A DNA stretch of 64,000 nt, taken from NCBI RefSeq assembly GCF_011745625.1, contig NW_027191466.1, forward strand, positions 186,001 through 250,000, written 5' to 3'. Position 1 is the first letter of the stretch. Each line of letters begins with the position of its first letter. Both the position numbers and the translations under genes were made by a program. The DNA is from Cladosporium halotolerans. Its lineage: Eukaryota. Positions 23,831 through 34,820 of the stretch are shown in pieces. The notes under the pieces are model-generated. The model did no database searches, had not been told where the DNA came from, and saw nothing but the letters and a program-made list of their open reading frames with translations.

Positions 23831-24090
23831 CCTCGGAGAGACGTTTAAGCCGTATGCCACAGGCTCTCCCCTTAGCGGTGGCCGGTACCAGGTGAATGCT
23901 CATGATCACAGGCCGAGGACCACAGAAGCAGACCAGCATGACTAGATCCAACAGCCGAAGATGAGGGTATATGACCGAATCGCATTGCCGGTCTCGTCCG
24001 GAAAGACTCGACAGACGTCACGTGGACCCCCGGGTTTCATGTGAATGCCGCGGGGACAGCCGAGCAGCAGAGGGTCCGAGGATGCCTCGG
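23831..24090. promoter_or_regulatory. Cluster of FarA/FarB (Ctf1) fatty-acid response motifs CCTCGG/CCGAGG upstream of FOX2
   Basis: CCTCGG 23831-23836, CCGAGG 23913-23918, and the inverted pair CCGAGG-ATG-CCTCGG 24076-24090. Confidence 0.65.
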
Positions 24091-24279
24091 TCCAGCGACA
24101 GTTCGGCAGAGCCAAGCAACAGCATCATCCAGCTTCACGAGCCGGGGAGATCAGGTGCCTACATGTAGCCGACTCTGCGATCGGTGGATTTCCTTCTGCC
24201 ATTTCTCATTTCTGTCTCATCTTCCCACCCTTCACTTACACTTTCCATATACCCGGTTTGCGATCTCTTCCCTGCAAAC

Positions 24280-27166
24280 ATGGCTGGAGAGCAACTACGC
24301 TATGACGGCCAGACGGTCGTAGTGACCGGCGCTGGCGGCGGACTCGGAAGGGCGTACGCGCTCTTCTTTGCCTCTCGCGGAGCCAATGTCGTGGTCAATG
24401 ATCTTGGTGGCTCATTCAAGGGCGAGGGCGGCGGCAACAAGGTGTGTATTCGTGTATCCGTTCCCTCCAAGTTCCTTATTGACATCACTGCGTTTCCAGG
24501 CCGCCGACACCGTCGTCAACGAAATCACATCCGCCGGCGGCAAAGCCGTCGCGAACTACGACTCGGTTGAGAATGGAGACAAGATCATCGAGACGGCGAT
24601 CAAGGCCTTTGGCCGGATCGACGTGCTCATCAACAATGCCGGCATCCTCCGGGATATCAGCTTCAAGAACATGAAGGATCAGGACTGGGACCTCATTATG
24701 AAGGTGCACGTCGAGGGAGCATACAAGTGTGCGAGAGCCGCATGGCCACACTTCAGGAAACAGAAGTACGGCCGCGTGATCAACACAGCCAGTGCTGCGG
24801 GTCTTTTCGGCAGCTTTGGACAATGCAACTACTCTGGTAAGCGCGCGATTGCGTTTCTTGGAATCCTGAAGACGGAAGCTGACATGGCTTAGCTGCGAAA
24901 CTCTCCCAGGTTGGATTTACCGAGACTCTGGCAAAGGAGGGCCTGAAGTACAACATTATCTGCAACGTCATCGCCCCCATCGCCGCCTCGAGAATGACTG
25001 CCACTGTCATGCCCCCGGAGGTGCTGGACGCATTGAAGCCCGAGTGGGTTGTTCCTCTTGTGGCTGTCCTGGTGCACAAATCTAACGACTCTGAGACTGG
25101 CTCCATCTTCGAAGTCGGTGGTGGCCACGTCGCCAAGCTGCGTTGGGAGCGCTCCAAGGGTGCTCTCCTCAGAGCAGACGACAGCTTCACACCTGGTGCT
25201 CTGCTGAAGAAGTGGGACGATGTGGGAAACTTTGCTGCTGATGCTAGCTATCCTACGGGACCGGCCAACTTCCTTGAGCTGCTTGAAGATGCACAGAAGC
25301 TGCCTCCTAACCCTCCTGCCGAGAAGGTAGAATTCCAAGGCAAGGTCGCTCTGATCACTGGCGCTGGTGCTGGTCTTGGTCGTATCTACGCCCTTCAATT
25401 CGCGAAGTATGGCGCTAAGGTTGTGGTCAACGACCTCGTCAACCCGGATACAACTGTACAGGAGATTCAGAAGCTCGGTGGTCAGGCCACTGGCGTCAAG
25501 GCAAGCGCTGAGGAAGGCGAGACTGTCGTGAAGGCAGCTATCGACGCCTACGGCCGCGTCGACATCATTGTCAACAACGCTGGCATCTTGCGCGACAAGG
25601 CCTTTGCCAACATGGATGACAAGATGTTCAAGCAGGTGCTTGATGTCCACCTCCGCGGCACATACAAGGTCACCAAGGCTGCTTGGCCCTACATGCTCAA
25701 GCAGAAGTACGGCCGCATCATCAACACTACTTCCACCTCTGGTATCTACGGCAACTTTGGTCAGGCCAACTACGCTGCTGCCAAGTGCGGTATTCTCGGC
25801 TTCTCACGCGCTCTTGCTAGAGAAGGCAAGAAGTACAACATCTTCGTCAACACCATCGCCCCCAATGCTGGCACCAACATGACCAGGTCCATCATGCCCG
25901 AGGAGATGGTGCAGGCCTTCAAGCCCGACTACGTGGCGCCTGCCGTTGTCCTGCTTTGCTCGGACAAGGTTCCCGAGCCAGCCACTGGTCGTCTCTTCGA
26001 GGTCGGCTCTGGCTGGGTTGGCGAGACTAGGTGGCAGCGTACTGGCGGTGTCGGCTTCCCTATCGACAAGCAGCTCACCCCTGAGGAGGTTCTCGCCAAG
26101 TTCAACACGATCCTGAACTTCGAAGACGGCCGCGCTGACCACCCTGAGGACCCATCTGCCGGCACGGAGAAGATCATGGCCAACATGGAGAACCGCTCTT
26201 CTGCTGCGAAGAAGGAGAAGAAGGGCGGCGCTCCCAACAAGGAGATTTTGGCCAATATTGAGGCGGCGAAAAAGGCAAAGGCCGAGGGCACCGACTTCTC
26301 CTACGATGAGCGCGATGTCATTCTCTACAGTAAGGTCCAGAGTGTCTCATCATGCAGAATTTTACTGACACGTTTTAGACCTCGGCGTTGGCGCCAAGCG
26401 CACAGATCTGCCTCTTGTCTTCGAGAACGACGACAACTTCCAAGTCCTGCCCACCTTCGGTGTCATTCCTACTTTCAATGCTGTTGCTCCCTTCAGCATG
26501 GGCGACCTTGTCCCCAACTTCAGCCCCATGATGTTGCTGCACGGTGAGCAATACTTGGAGATCCGCAACCCGATTCCCACAGAGGCTACCACTACATCAT
26601 ATCCCAGCCTCGTCGAGGTTGTGGACAAGGGTAACGCCGGCATCGTCGTCACTGGCTCGACCACCAAGGACAAGAAGACCGGCAAGGACCTTTTCTACAA
26701 CGAGAGCACCGTCTTCATCCGCGGCTCCGGCGGCTTTGGCGGCCCTAGCAAGGGCAATGACCGTGGTGCAGCATCTCGCGTCTACAAGCCTCCCCAGCGC
26801 CAGCCCGACTCCGTCGTCGAGGAGAAGACGACCGAGGAGCAGGCCGCCATCTACCGCCTGTCGGGCGACCGCAACCCGCTGCACATCGACCCCGAGTTCA
26901 GCAAGGTCGGTGGCTTCAAGGACCCCATCCTCCACGGCCTATGCTCTTTCGGTATTGCGGGCAAGGCCGTCGTCAAGAACTACGGCCAGTTCAAGAACAT
27001 CAAGGTGCGCTTTGCGGGTGTCGTCATTCCCGGTCAGACGCTGGTCACGGAGATGTGGAAGGAGGGCAACACGGTCATCTTCCAGACCAAGGTGAAAGAG
27101 ACGGGCAAGCTGTGTATCGCTGGAGCCGGCGCGGAGCTGGCTGGCGCTGGAAAGAGCAAGCTTTGA
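24280..27166 (+). CDS. FOX2: Peroxisomal multifunctional beta-oxidation enzyme (hydratase-dehydrogenase-epimerase); exons 24280-24441, 24500-24836, 24893-26329, 26379-27166
   Basis: Two SDR domains ([36 protein letters not shown]), hydratase [20 protein letters not shown], and C-terminal PTS1 SKL. Confidence 0.98.
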
Positions 27167-28618
27167 TTTACGCGGTAGTTACGGCTGACCGATTATGTAA
27201 TTTTGTACTTCGTTTGACCATTTCGAACATCCTTGTCCCTCGATTGAACGGTCTTCGTATTCATATGTCTGACAGCTCACTCACAAGTCCCATGACGATG
27301 CCTAAGAATCCATCCATCTCGGGCTCGGGACAGGGCCACATCCGTCATTTCACAACGCTACAGTATAGTTCGGATGCAAGTCATAGCCGTCTTGGCTACC
27401 ACTACTGACAGAGGCTAGTTCAGCTTTCTACTCTAACGTTCCATCGAAGAAGGGCCAGGGCCCGGGGCACTAGCATGTGTTCGAGGCCCGAACTTATGTA
27501 GGGTAGTGCAGTGCTGTACTGAGCTTCAATCGGGAGCACGTGCCGGGTCTGGGGATACGAGCTGTACGACCCGCGAATGGAACGAGTTGAGCGACGGCGC
27601 TGGGGTCCCTGGAAGGGTGGGGCCGGGATAGGTAAGCACAGGACGTTTCACCAGGCGGGTTGGCTTGACGGTCATACGTTATTTGCACAACCACGCCCGT
27701 CGTACGATTCTTTGTGGAGAGCCTAGAATCACGTTCAATACATCCAAATGCTTGTTTCCACACGAGGATCGCTTCCATGACTGAAAACTTTCGCGATGTG
27801 CGAGGTCTGCGACGCGCAATCGAACCTATTCAACGCCACTCGCAACTACGATTGGGAATTCTGCAATCTACGGCTCGAACATGGATGTCGAGATCATGGT
27901 AGACTACTACTTAGCCGTCGTTCGCCGTTCGATGTATCAGTAATGTGTATTGATCAGCATTGCATGGACCAACGCTGCACAACTTTCCCCTCCACTTCAG
28001 CGTTGCAGTCTCTACCTTTCGGATGACGTTTACTTGTGCATATCGGATGCCATATAAACACCACATATACTCGCGACGCACTATTATGTTACACAATGGC
28101 GACGCGCAACACCCAAAGCTAGGAAACGAAGCGTCGTCGAGTGGAATGGTAACCCCAAAACCCTATCATTCAACTGGGTGGCAGTACATGTACGACATTT
28201 TACGAGATAGGGCTGGCTAAGCGTTTCAGAACGATCGCGTTCGAGGTCCTCGTGGTACGAACCGTGCGATGCGTGCATACTTCCGGCTTCGGGGGTTGAA
28301 GCCTTCAAGATGGGTCCTCGTACACCATACGAGGGTGTGGATCGTCACTTGGCACGAGATGCCACGTGCCTCATTGGCTGCTGCGCGAAGAAGGTTTGCT
28401 ACAACTCCCTTTAGGCGGGAGGGTTGGCCATCGTCATTACAGGTTGGAAAGTTGTGCAGCCGGCAGTTATACAAAGAGTGGGTGGGTGGGTGGTCTGAGG
28501 AACAGGGAATGGCGGTGACTGTGCATGCTGACTATATAGATTGCCACACGGCACGTTCGAGTAAGTCCGGTAACTCAGCGCCTCAGTTGTGTCCTTTTGA
28601 TCCTTCCGCTACGTGAGG

Positions 28619-30229
28619 ATGGACGTGCTTACCGCCTACCGGCCAGCGTTCCTGGAGAACGTTCCAGTCTCCATTCAAGTGATCGCATTTGGGGCCATTG
28701 CGATTTCTGCCTATATCGCCTACTCCCTCCTTACAATCGAAAGGCCATTGAAGGGTTTCCCGGTTGTTGCGCTCACCGAGCGAGGGCTGAGCCCCAAATG
28801 GTCCTGGTATTCTGCCGGCACGGAAACGGTTGCGAAAGGTCTGAAGGAGCACAATGCTCCTTTCCAGGTCATCACGGGCACTGGTCCTAAAGTAAGCTCA
28901 TGCAGGATCAAAGGTGTTGAACGCGCGCTCACAATGCTCTAGATCATACTGCCGAACCGATTCGCCGACGAACTTCGCGCTCGTGAAGAGCTCAATTTCC
29001 CCAAAGCTTTCGAGAAAGAGTTCTTCGTCAACTATCCTGGCTTCGATGGGCACAGGCAGGGTCTCATCGACGACTGGTTTATCCAAGAGATCACTCGCGT
29101 AAAGCTCACCCAATCTCTCAACCTCATTACTCACGATCTCGTCGACGAGACCACAGCAGCTGTTCACGACGTCTTCGGCGAGGACACCGAGTGGCACACT
29201 GCAGCTCTCAAAGATAATGTCGCTGAGATGGTTGCGCGTCTGTCCTCGCGTGTCTTCCTGGGTCTGCCTCTGTGCCGGAACAGGCGCTGGCTAGACATTG
29301 CAAAGGACTACACAATCGACAGCTTCATCGGGTCGCAATTGATGCGGATTGCACCTCCCATCCTCCGCCCAGTCTCGTACTGGTTGATTCCCAACTGTAC
29401 ACGCCTACGCAAGCAAGTTCGCGACGCCAGGAAGTTGATCATGCCGGAAGTTGAGCGTCGCAAGGAACGTGCACAAAAGGCGCTGGAAGCTGGCCAGAAG
29501 CCTCCGAAGACCGCGGATACCATCGGCTGGATGTACGAGGTTGGTCGTGGGAGACAGGTAGACTACGTCGCTGCCCAACTCTCCCTCTCGTTGGCTGCTA
29601 TCCACACGACGACAGAATCCACGGCACAAGCGCTCATCGACATTTGCCGGTTTCCCGAGGTTGTGCAACCGATGAGAGAGGAGATTATTCAGGTCATTTC
29701 CGAGAATGGTTGGACCAAAGCCTCTCTCCAGAAGCTGCGTCTGATGGACAGCTTTCTCAAAGAGTCCCAGCGCTTCACCCCAATGTCGACCTTGTCCATG
29801 AATAGATACGTTGAGAAAGAGCTGGAGCTCTCGGACCGCACTGTTCTTCCGGTCGGCTCACGTTTCTTAGTCGCTGCGGCGTTTCAAGACCCTAGCATGT
29901 ACGATGAGCCCGAGAAGTTCAAGGCATTCCGCTTCTCTGACAAGCGTCAGGAGCCGGGACAGGCAAACGCTTGGGGCCACGTGACGACGAACTCCAGCCA
30001 CCTCGGGTTCGGCCACGGCCAGCATGCTTGCCCAGGAAGGTTTTTTGCCAGCAACGAGATCAAAGTGATCCTCTGCCATCTGTTGCTGAAATACGATTTT
30101 GACCTCGTTGACGGCGAGGTGCCGCCGACGATCAACTTCGAAGTGAACAAGTCCATCAGCCCGAAAAGCAAGGTCTCGCTGAGACGACGGAAGGAAGAGA
30201 TCGTCTTGGATTTGGAATCCCCTTCATAG
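28619..30229 (+). CDS. Cytochrome P450 (ent-kaurene oxidase/PaxP-like clan); exons 28619-28891, 28943-30229
   Basis: N-terminal TM anchor, I-helix AAIHTT, DSFLKESQR (ExxR), heme motif FGHGQHACPGRFFA. Confidence 0.93.
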
Positions 30230-30880
30230 CGTATTTCGTCAGCTCTTACGATGGCATATGTCGCGAATTTGAAAATTTGTGATGTCTCCTCAGATTGCCG
30301 ACCTTGTACGTGCGTGCGCGCGACGTCCATCAGGAACCCGACGAGCCCGGGTGAGTGATCATGAGTCTGTAGATTGGCGGAGGGCGAGGGCTAGTGTACA
30401 CCCTGGGGCTCCAGTCCCGAATGCGATGGACCCATATCACCGAGGATTTTTGCACTGTTTCCGGTCGGCGTGTATCGGTCTCTATTATTTCATATGTAGA
30501 GCTGTTGTAGGCAGTAAAGGGGCGGGAGTTGGATGCCGCCAAAGCAGAAGCAAGCCAGCCGCTGATCGCAGCCTCAGCCTCAGCCGCGCTGCACCAGTCG
30601 CCCGGTGGCTCTCCACCCCACCACGCTCATTGGAATTGCACTACGCCTTATGAACAACCCACCCTTGACCCCTCGGCACTTGCTCAGAGCTTTCGCGTAC
30701 ATACTCTGGCTTTACGTTGACAGCACCGGACTCGACTCTTAGCACCACGAATTACACGGGCGCGCCCAGTATCTCGCACTTCACCGCATACCCGCTTGCC
30801 AACCTCTCCGCAGGCTGCCTCTGGACTCTGATCTCCACGGACAGACACTGTGACGGGGAGAACCGCGTCAATCAAACAAC

Positions 30881-32518
30881 ATGGCCGTTGAGGATGTCGA
30901 AGGACCGGAGAGACCCGTTCGCGAGCAGCTGAAGAAGGCTTCGATCGGAGGCATGACAGATGAGGCTCGCTCGGCTGCTGCGGCCGCAAGAACCGAGGGC
31001 GCGGACAATGATGCTGCGCAGCATGCGGAGGCATCGGAAGCGACATCAGGAGAAGTCAGCAACACTGAGCGAAAGGATATCAATGACAAGGCGGATGTGC
31101 AGCAACCACAGGTGCAGATCAAGACTGGGCGCCACCACACTCGCAAGCGGTCACGAGATAGCACAGCCGAGACTGATGAGCTGGAAGAACACAAGCGCAA
31201 AATCTCCGGCGAAAGATCAAGAGCACAGTCTCCGGTAGCTGACCCGAGCACCGCGAATGGCGCTGCGAAGCCGAAGGCTGTTGATCGTTCTAGCACCCCC
31301 GACCCCGCGACTGGTAGCAAGCCCGAATCTGCTGGCGAGGCTGTAGTCAGTCCGAAGGTCAAAAGGAGTAAGATTCAGGGAGATACAACGACTACAGAGC
31401 CCGATCAGGCAGCATCTACGGAGACTTCTAAGATTCCACCGGGAAGTGCCTTCTCCAATACGTCTGCTGCGTCGCCCTTTGGTGCCCTTGCAGCAAAGAC
31501 TTCATCTCCGCCTTCGAAACAGCCTCAGACTTCTGCAAGCGCTTTTGCGGCTTCCGGCTTCGGTGCGCTCGCTGGCTCATCCACTTCCGGTTTTGGAGCG
31601 ATTGGCAAGAGCAACGGGGGTTTCGGCTCCGGAGGTGGTGGTTTTGGCTCCGGGAGTAAGAGCCCACTCGGCGCTGCAACAAACGACGAGAGCGCCAAAT
31701 CGACGGGCAGCTCGTTCGGTGGTGCCCTCGGCCAGCAGTCTGCTTTCGCAGCTCCTGCGACTTCTGGCGGTGGTTTCGGATCAGGTGCTTCTGGCTTTGG
31801 TAAAATCGGCCAATCAAGCGGTTTTGGTTCGGGACTCAGCGGCAGTGGTTTTGGCAGCAGTGGTGGAGGCCTTACGAGTTTCGCAAGTGGCAAATCGACG
31901 CCCTTGTCCGGGGCTATCAAGCAGGCCAAGGCTTTTGGAGCGCCTCCGGACGATGATGAAGAGGGCGACAACGAAGGAGGCGACGATGATGACGGTAATG
32001 GCAGCAAAAGCCCTCTAGTCGTGGAAGAAGATGAGAAGGACGAGCGCTTTTTCGAACAGGAGGTCGAGACTGGCGAAGAGAATGAGGTCACCAAATACTC
32101 TTGCCGAGCCAAGCTCTACAACTACTCAACTCTTCCAGACGGAAAGAAGGAGTGGCGCGAACGCGGACTCGGCATGCTCAGACTCAATGTCAAAGCTAGT
32201 GGCGATGGTGATGACGACGAAAAGCCCAAGGCCAGGTTCCTCATGCGCGCTGATGGCTCCCACCGTGTGGTTTTGAACACTCCTATCAAGAAAGAGATCA
32301 CATTCGGCACACCAAGCGGTGCAGCACCTACTAACGGCTTCATTTACTTCATGGGTACTTTCGATGGCAGAGAGAACCTGGAAATGCTGCAGCTGAAGGT
32401 GAGACACAGGTTCCTCAGATAAGACGTGTGACGCATAGGCTAACACGATTCACAGGTCCGGCAACAATTTGCCCTTGAGCTCTATGACAACATTATCGCT
32501 TTGCAGGAAGAAATGTGA
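30881..32518 (+). CDS. RanBD1-domain protein with FG/GFG-rich region (Yrb2/RanBP3/Hba1-like); exons 30881-32398, 32456-32518
   Basis: Basic NLS-like RKRSR and PKVKRSK, many SGFG/GFG repeats, acidic linker, then ETGEENE..RAKLY..WRERGLGMLRLN..RFLMRADGSHRVVLN. Confidence 0.88.
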
Positions 32519-32871
32519 GCGTCTTCGAAGGGGCTCCGAAAGGTCTCCAGGCAGACTGGTAGACGAATTGTTGTATCGCTGGCGAACACACTACACATAG
32601 GATTTCCTTTGTTGCATTGGGTAAAACACCGATGTGAATGGCGAACAGCAGCAATAGCAGGCCGCAAAATTAGAATATACCCCTTCTCAATACAATTCAT
32701 GCTCCTCCCTCTTTCGTGCATGCCTCCCCTCAGATGTCTCCCAACTGTTTCGTCTTGGCACTGAAGTCTCTCCTACAATGACCTCACGTTCTGCATGCAC
32801 CCGGCATTTGGAAGCTATTGTCGCACTCTTGCGCACCAAGACAAACGATAGCACGTTTTCAGCTCAGGAAA

Positions 32872-33570
32872 ATGCGGCTGTGGCACTACGTCTCCCAAGC
32901 ATTCCTCGCCGCTCCGACCAACCATACCTCACCACAAGCAACTCCCAGCGACTCCCTCGTAGCAGACACCATGGGTAGCAATTTCAACGGGACAATGTAC
33001 TTCGGCTACGGCTCCAACCTCTGGCGCAATCAGATGGAACAGCGCTGTCCAACGTCAGAATACCTCGGCATTGCGCGCTTGAACGACTACAGGTGGATCA
33101 TCAACGAGCGCGGCTACGCCAACGTCGTCCAGATCAACCGCCACCACAGCGATACGGACACTGCTAAATCTTACGAAGATGAGGTGTGGGGTTTGGTCTA
33201 CACTCTTCAAGCCAGCGACGAGAAGCGTCTGGACCGTAATGAGGGCGTGCCATTTGCGTACACCAAGGAAACTCTCGAATGTGATTTCTGGGCTGTGAAG
33301 GATGGCGCGGGCCCGGCGAATGTGACTAAGAAGCCGAAGCGGACGGACATGCTGGTTTATATTAACCGTGACATGGTCGAGCCGAGCGAGCCGAAGCGGG
33401 AGTACATCTATCGGATGAATATGGGTATCAAGGATGCGGTCAAGGAGGGCGTGCCGGAGAAGTACGTGGATGCTGTCATGAGAAAGTTCATCCCCAAGAA
33501 TGAGCTTGTGATGAGTGAGATCGAGCGTGCGGCCAGAAAACAGGCTGCTGAGTTTGAAGACGAGAGGTGA
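32872..33570 (+). CDS. Gamma-glutamylcyclotransferase (GGCT/AIG2-like) family protein; alternative start 32971
   Basis: YFGYGSNL, RWIINERGYANVV, VWGLVYTL..LDRNEGVP, PKREYIYRM. Confidence 0.85.
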   Translation: MRLWHYVSQAFLAAPTNHTSPQATPSDSLVADTMGSNFNGTMYFGYGSNLWRNQMEQRCPTSEYLGIARLNDYRWIINERGYANVVQINRHHSDTDTAKSYEDEVWGLVYTLQASDEKRLDRNEGVPFAYTKETLECDFWAVKDGAGPANVTKKPKRTDMLVYINRDMVEPSEPKREYIYRMNMGIKDAVKEGVPEKYVDAVMRKFIPKNELVMSEIERAARKQAAEFEDER

Positions 33571-33813
33571 GGAGATCCAGTCTTCTGTTGATTGGGTGAA
33601 TTTTGAGCTTTCGCGCTGAGCATCTGGTTTCACATCATGATGATAGACGTAACAAGAAGCTTAAAATGCAATTGTATTCGTTTAGCTCCAGAAGCCATTT
33701 GTACAGTAAAGTGCTTACACCCTAGGCCTATCGGGTGACAAGACTCGTTCGCGGCACTTTCCACGCTATGCAATACACGTTCAAAAGAACAACCTTCCGA
33801 GCCAGCGTCTCCT

Positions 33814-34545
33814 CTACCAGCCCTGCTTCTTCATCTTCATCACGCGCCTGACGACGGCCTGGAAACCCATCTTGAACCGCTTCCGCCACCTCTCACTGTG
33901 CAGCCTCTTCCTCTTAGCACCGTTTCTCTCGTGGAATCTCTGCCTGTTGAAATCTTTGCGGACGCTGTTCTTCGCCATGATAATGTCCACCGACCTGAAA
34001 GCCTTCGCAACGTCGAAGCCTCGCGATTCGTCAACGTAGACTGTTCTGCCCAAATTGGGGCCAAGTTTCATGGGCGCTGGTTTAGGTGCCGCAGGGATTG
34101 TACTTCTGGGATTAAGAGAGCGAGCGACGTTCCTTTTGCTGGTCATGGCCATTATCGAGGATTGCATGTCGTCGAAGCTAGACCTCTTGTCCGCCGCCAG
34201 CTGAGCGCGAGAGGGTGTGCTGGTATCCTGGGCATTTCGAGATGCGAAGCGCGAAGTTCGTGCGGACGGAGCGGTCGGTGTGCCCTTGTTGCCCTCGAGG
34301 GCTTCGTCCAGGATGTTGCTGATGTGTGATGAGGGCCTCATAGGCGCTTCTGTGTCTTCTGGCTTCCTCGCTCGCATGGATGTCGCGAATGACCGTGATC
34401 CCGAAGATTGAATGTGCTGTGCTCGGCAATGCCTGGTGACGAGGGCCATCCTCGCGGTTGGCTGTCGGTATGCCGCAGGGGCTAGAAAGGGCAACAGCGG
34501 CTGCGACGAGCGCAGCACCGTCTCGCCAGCCCTCATGAGATCCAT
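33814..34545 (-). CDS. MRP21: Mitochondrial ribosomal protein bS21 (Mrp21)
   Basis: Presequence-like N-terminus; C-terminal LGPNLGRTV..NSVRKDFNRQRFHERNGAKRKRLHSERWRKRFK..MKKQGW. Confidence 0.88.
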   Translation of the reverse strand: MDLMRAGETVLRSSQPLLPFLAPAAYRQPTARMALVTRHCRAQHIQSSGSRSFATSMRARKPEDTEAPMRPSSHISNILDEALEGNKGTPTAPSARTSRFASRNAQDTSTPSRAQLAADKRSSFDDMQSSIMAMTSKRNVARSLNPRSTIPAAPKPAPMKLGPNLGRTVYVDESRGFDVAKAFRSVDIIMAKNSVRKDFNRQRFHERNGAKRKRLHSERWRKRFKMGFQAVVRRVMKMKKQGW

Positions 34546-34820
34546 CGCGACGTCTGAATGTAAGCCCCTTGTAGAAGAGCCTGGGGCGCAATTGGGAAGG
34601 GCAATGGGCGACTGTCTCCCGCAAACCGTCGCCTGCAGCCGCTTCTGGGGACGCCGCGGGAGTTTTTGCGGCAAGCTTGGCATGACTCGCGTGCGCAAGC
34701 TGCTCAGCCGAACATTCAAGCAACCTTTCATTTGCTGTCGATGTGTCGGAGAACAGCACACCACTGATCATACTGTCTGCACGGCGCACACTCTTGGGCA
34801 CTCAAGCGCTGGACATCAGG

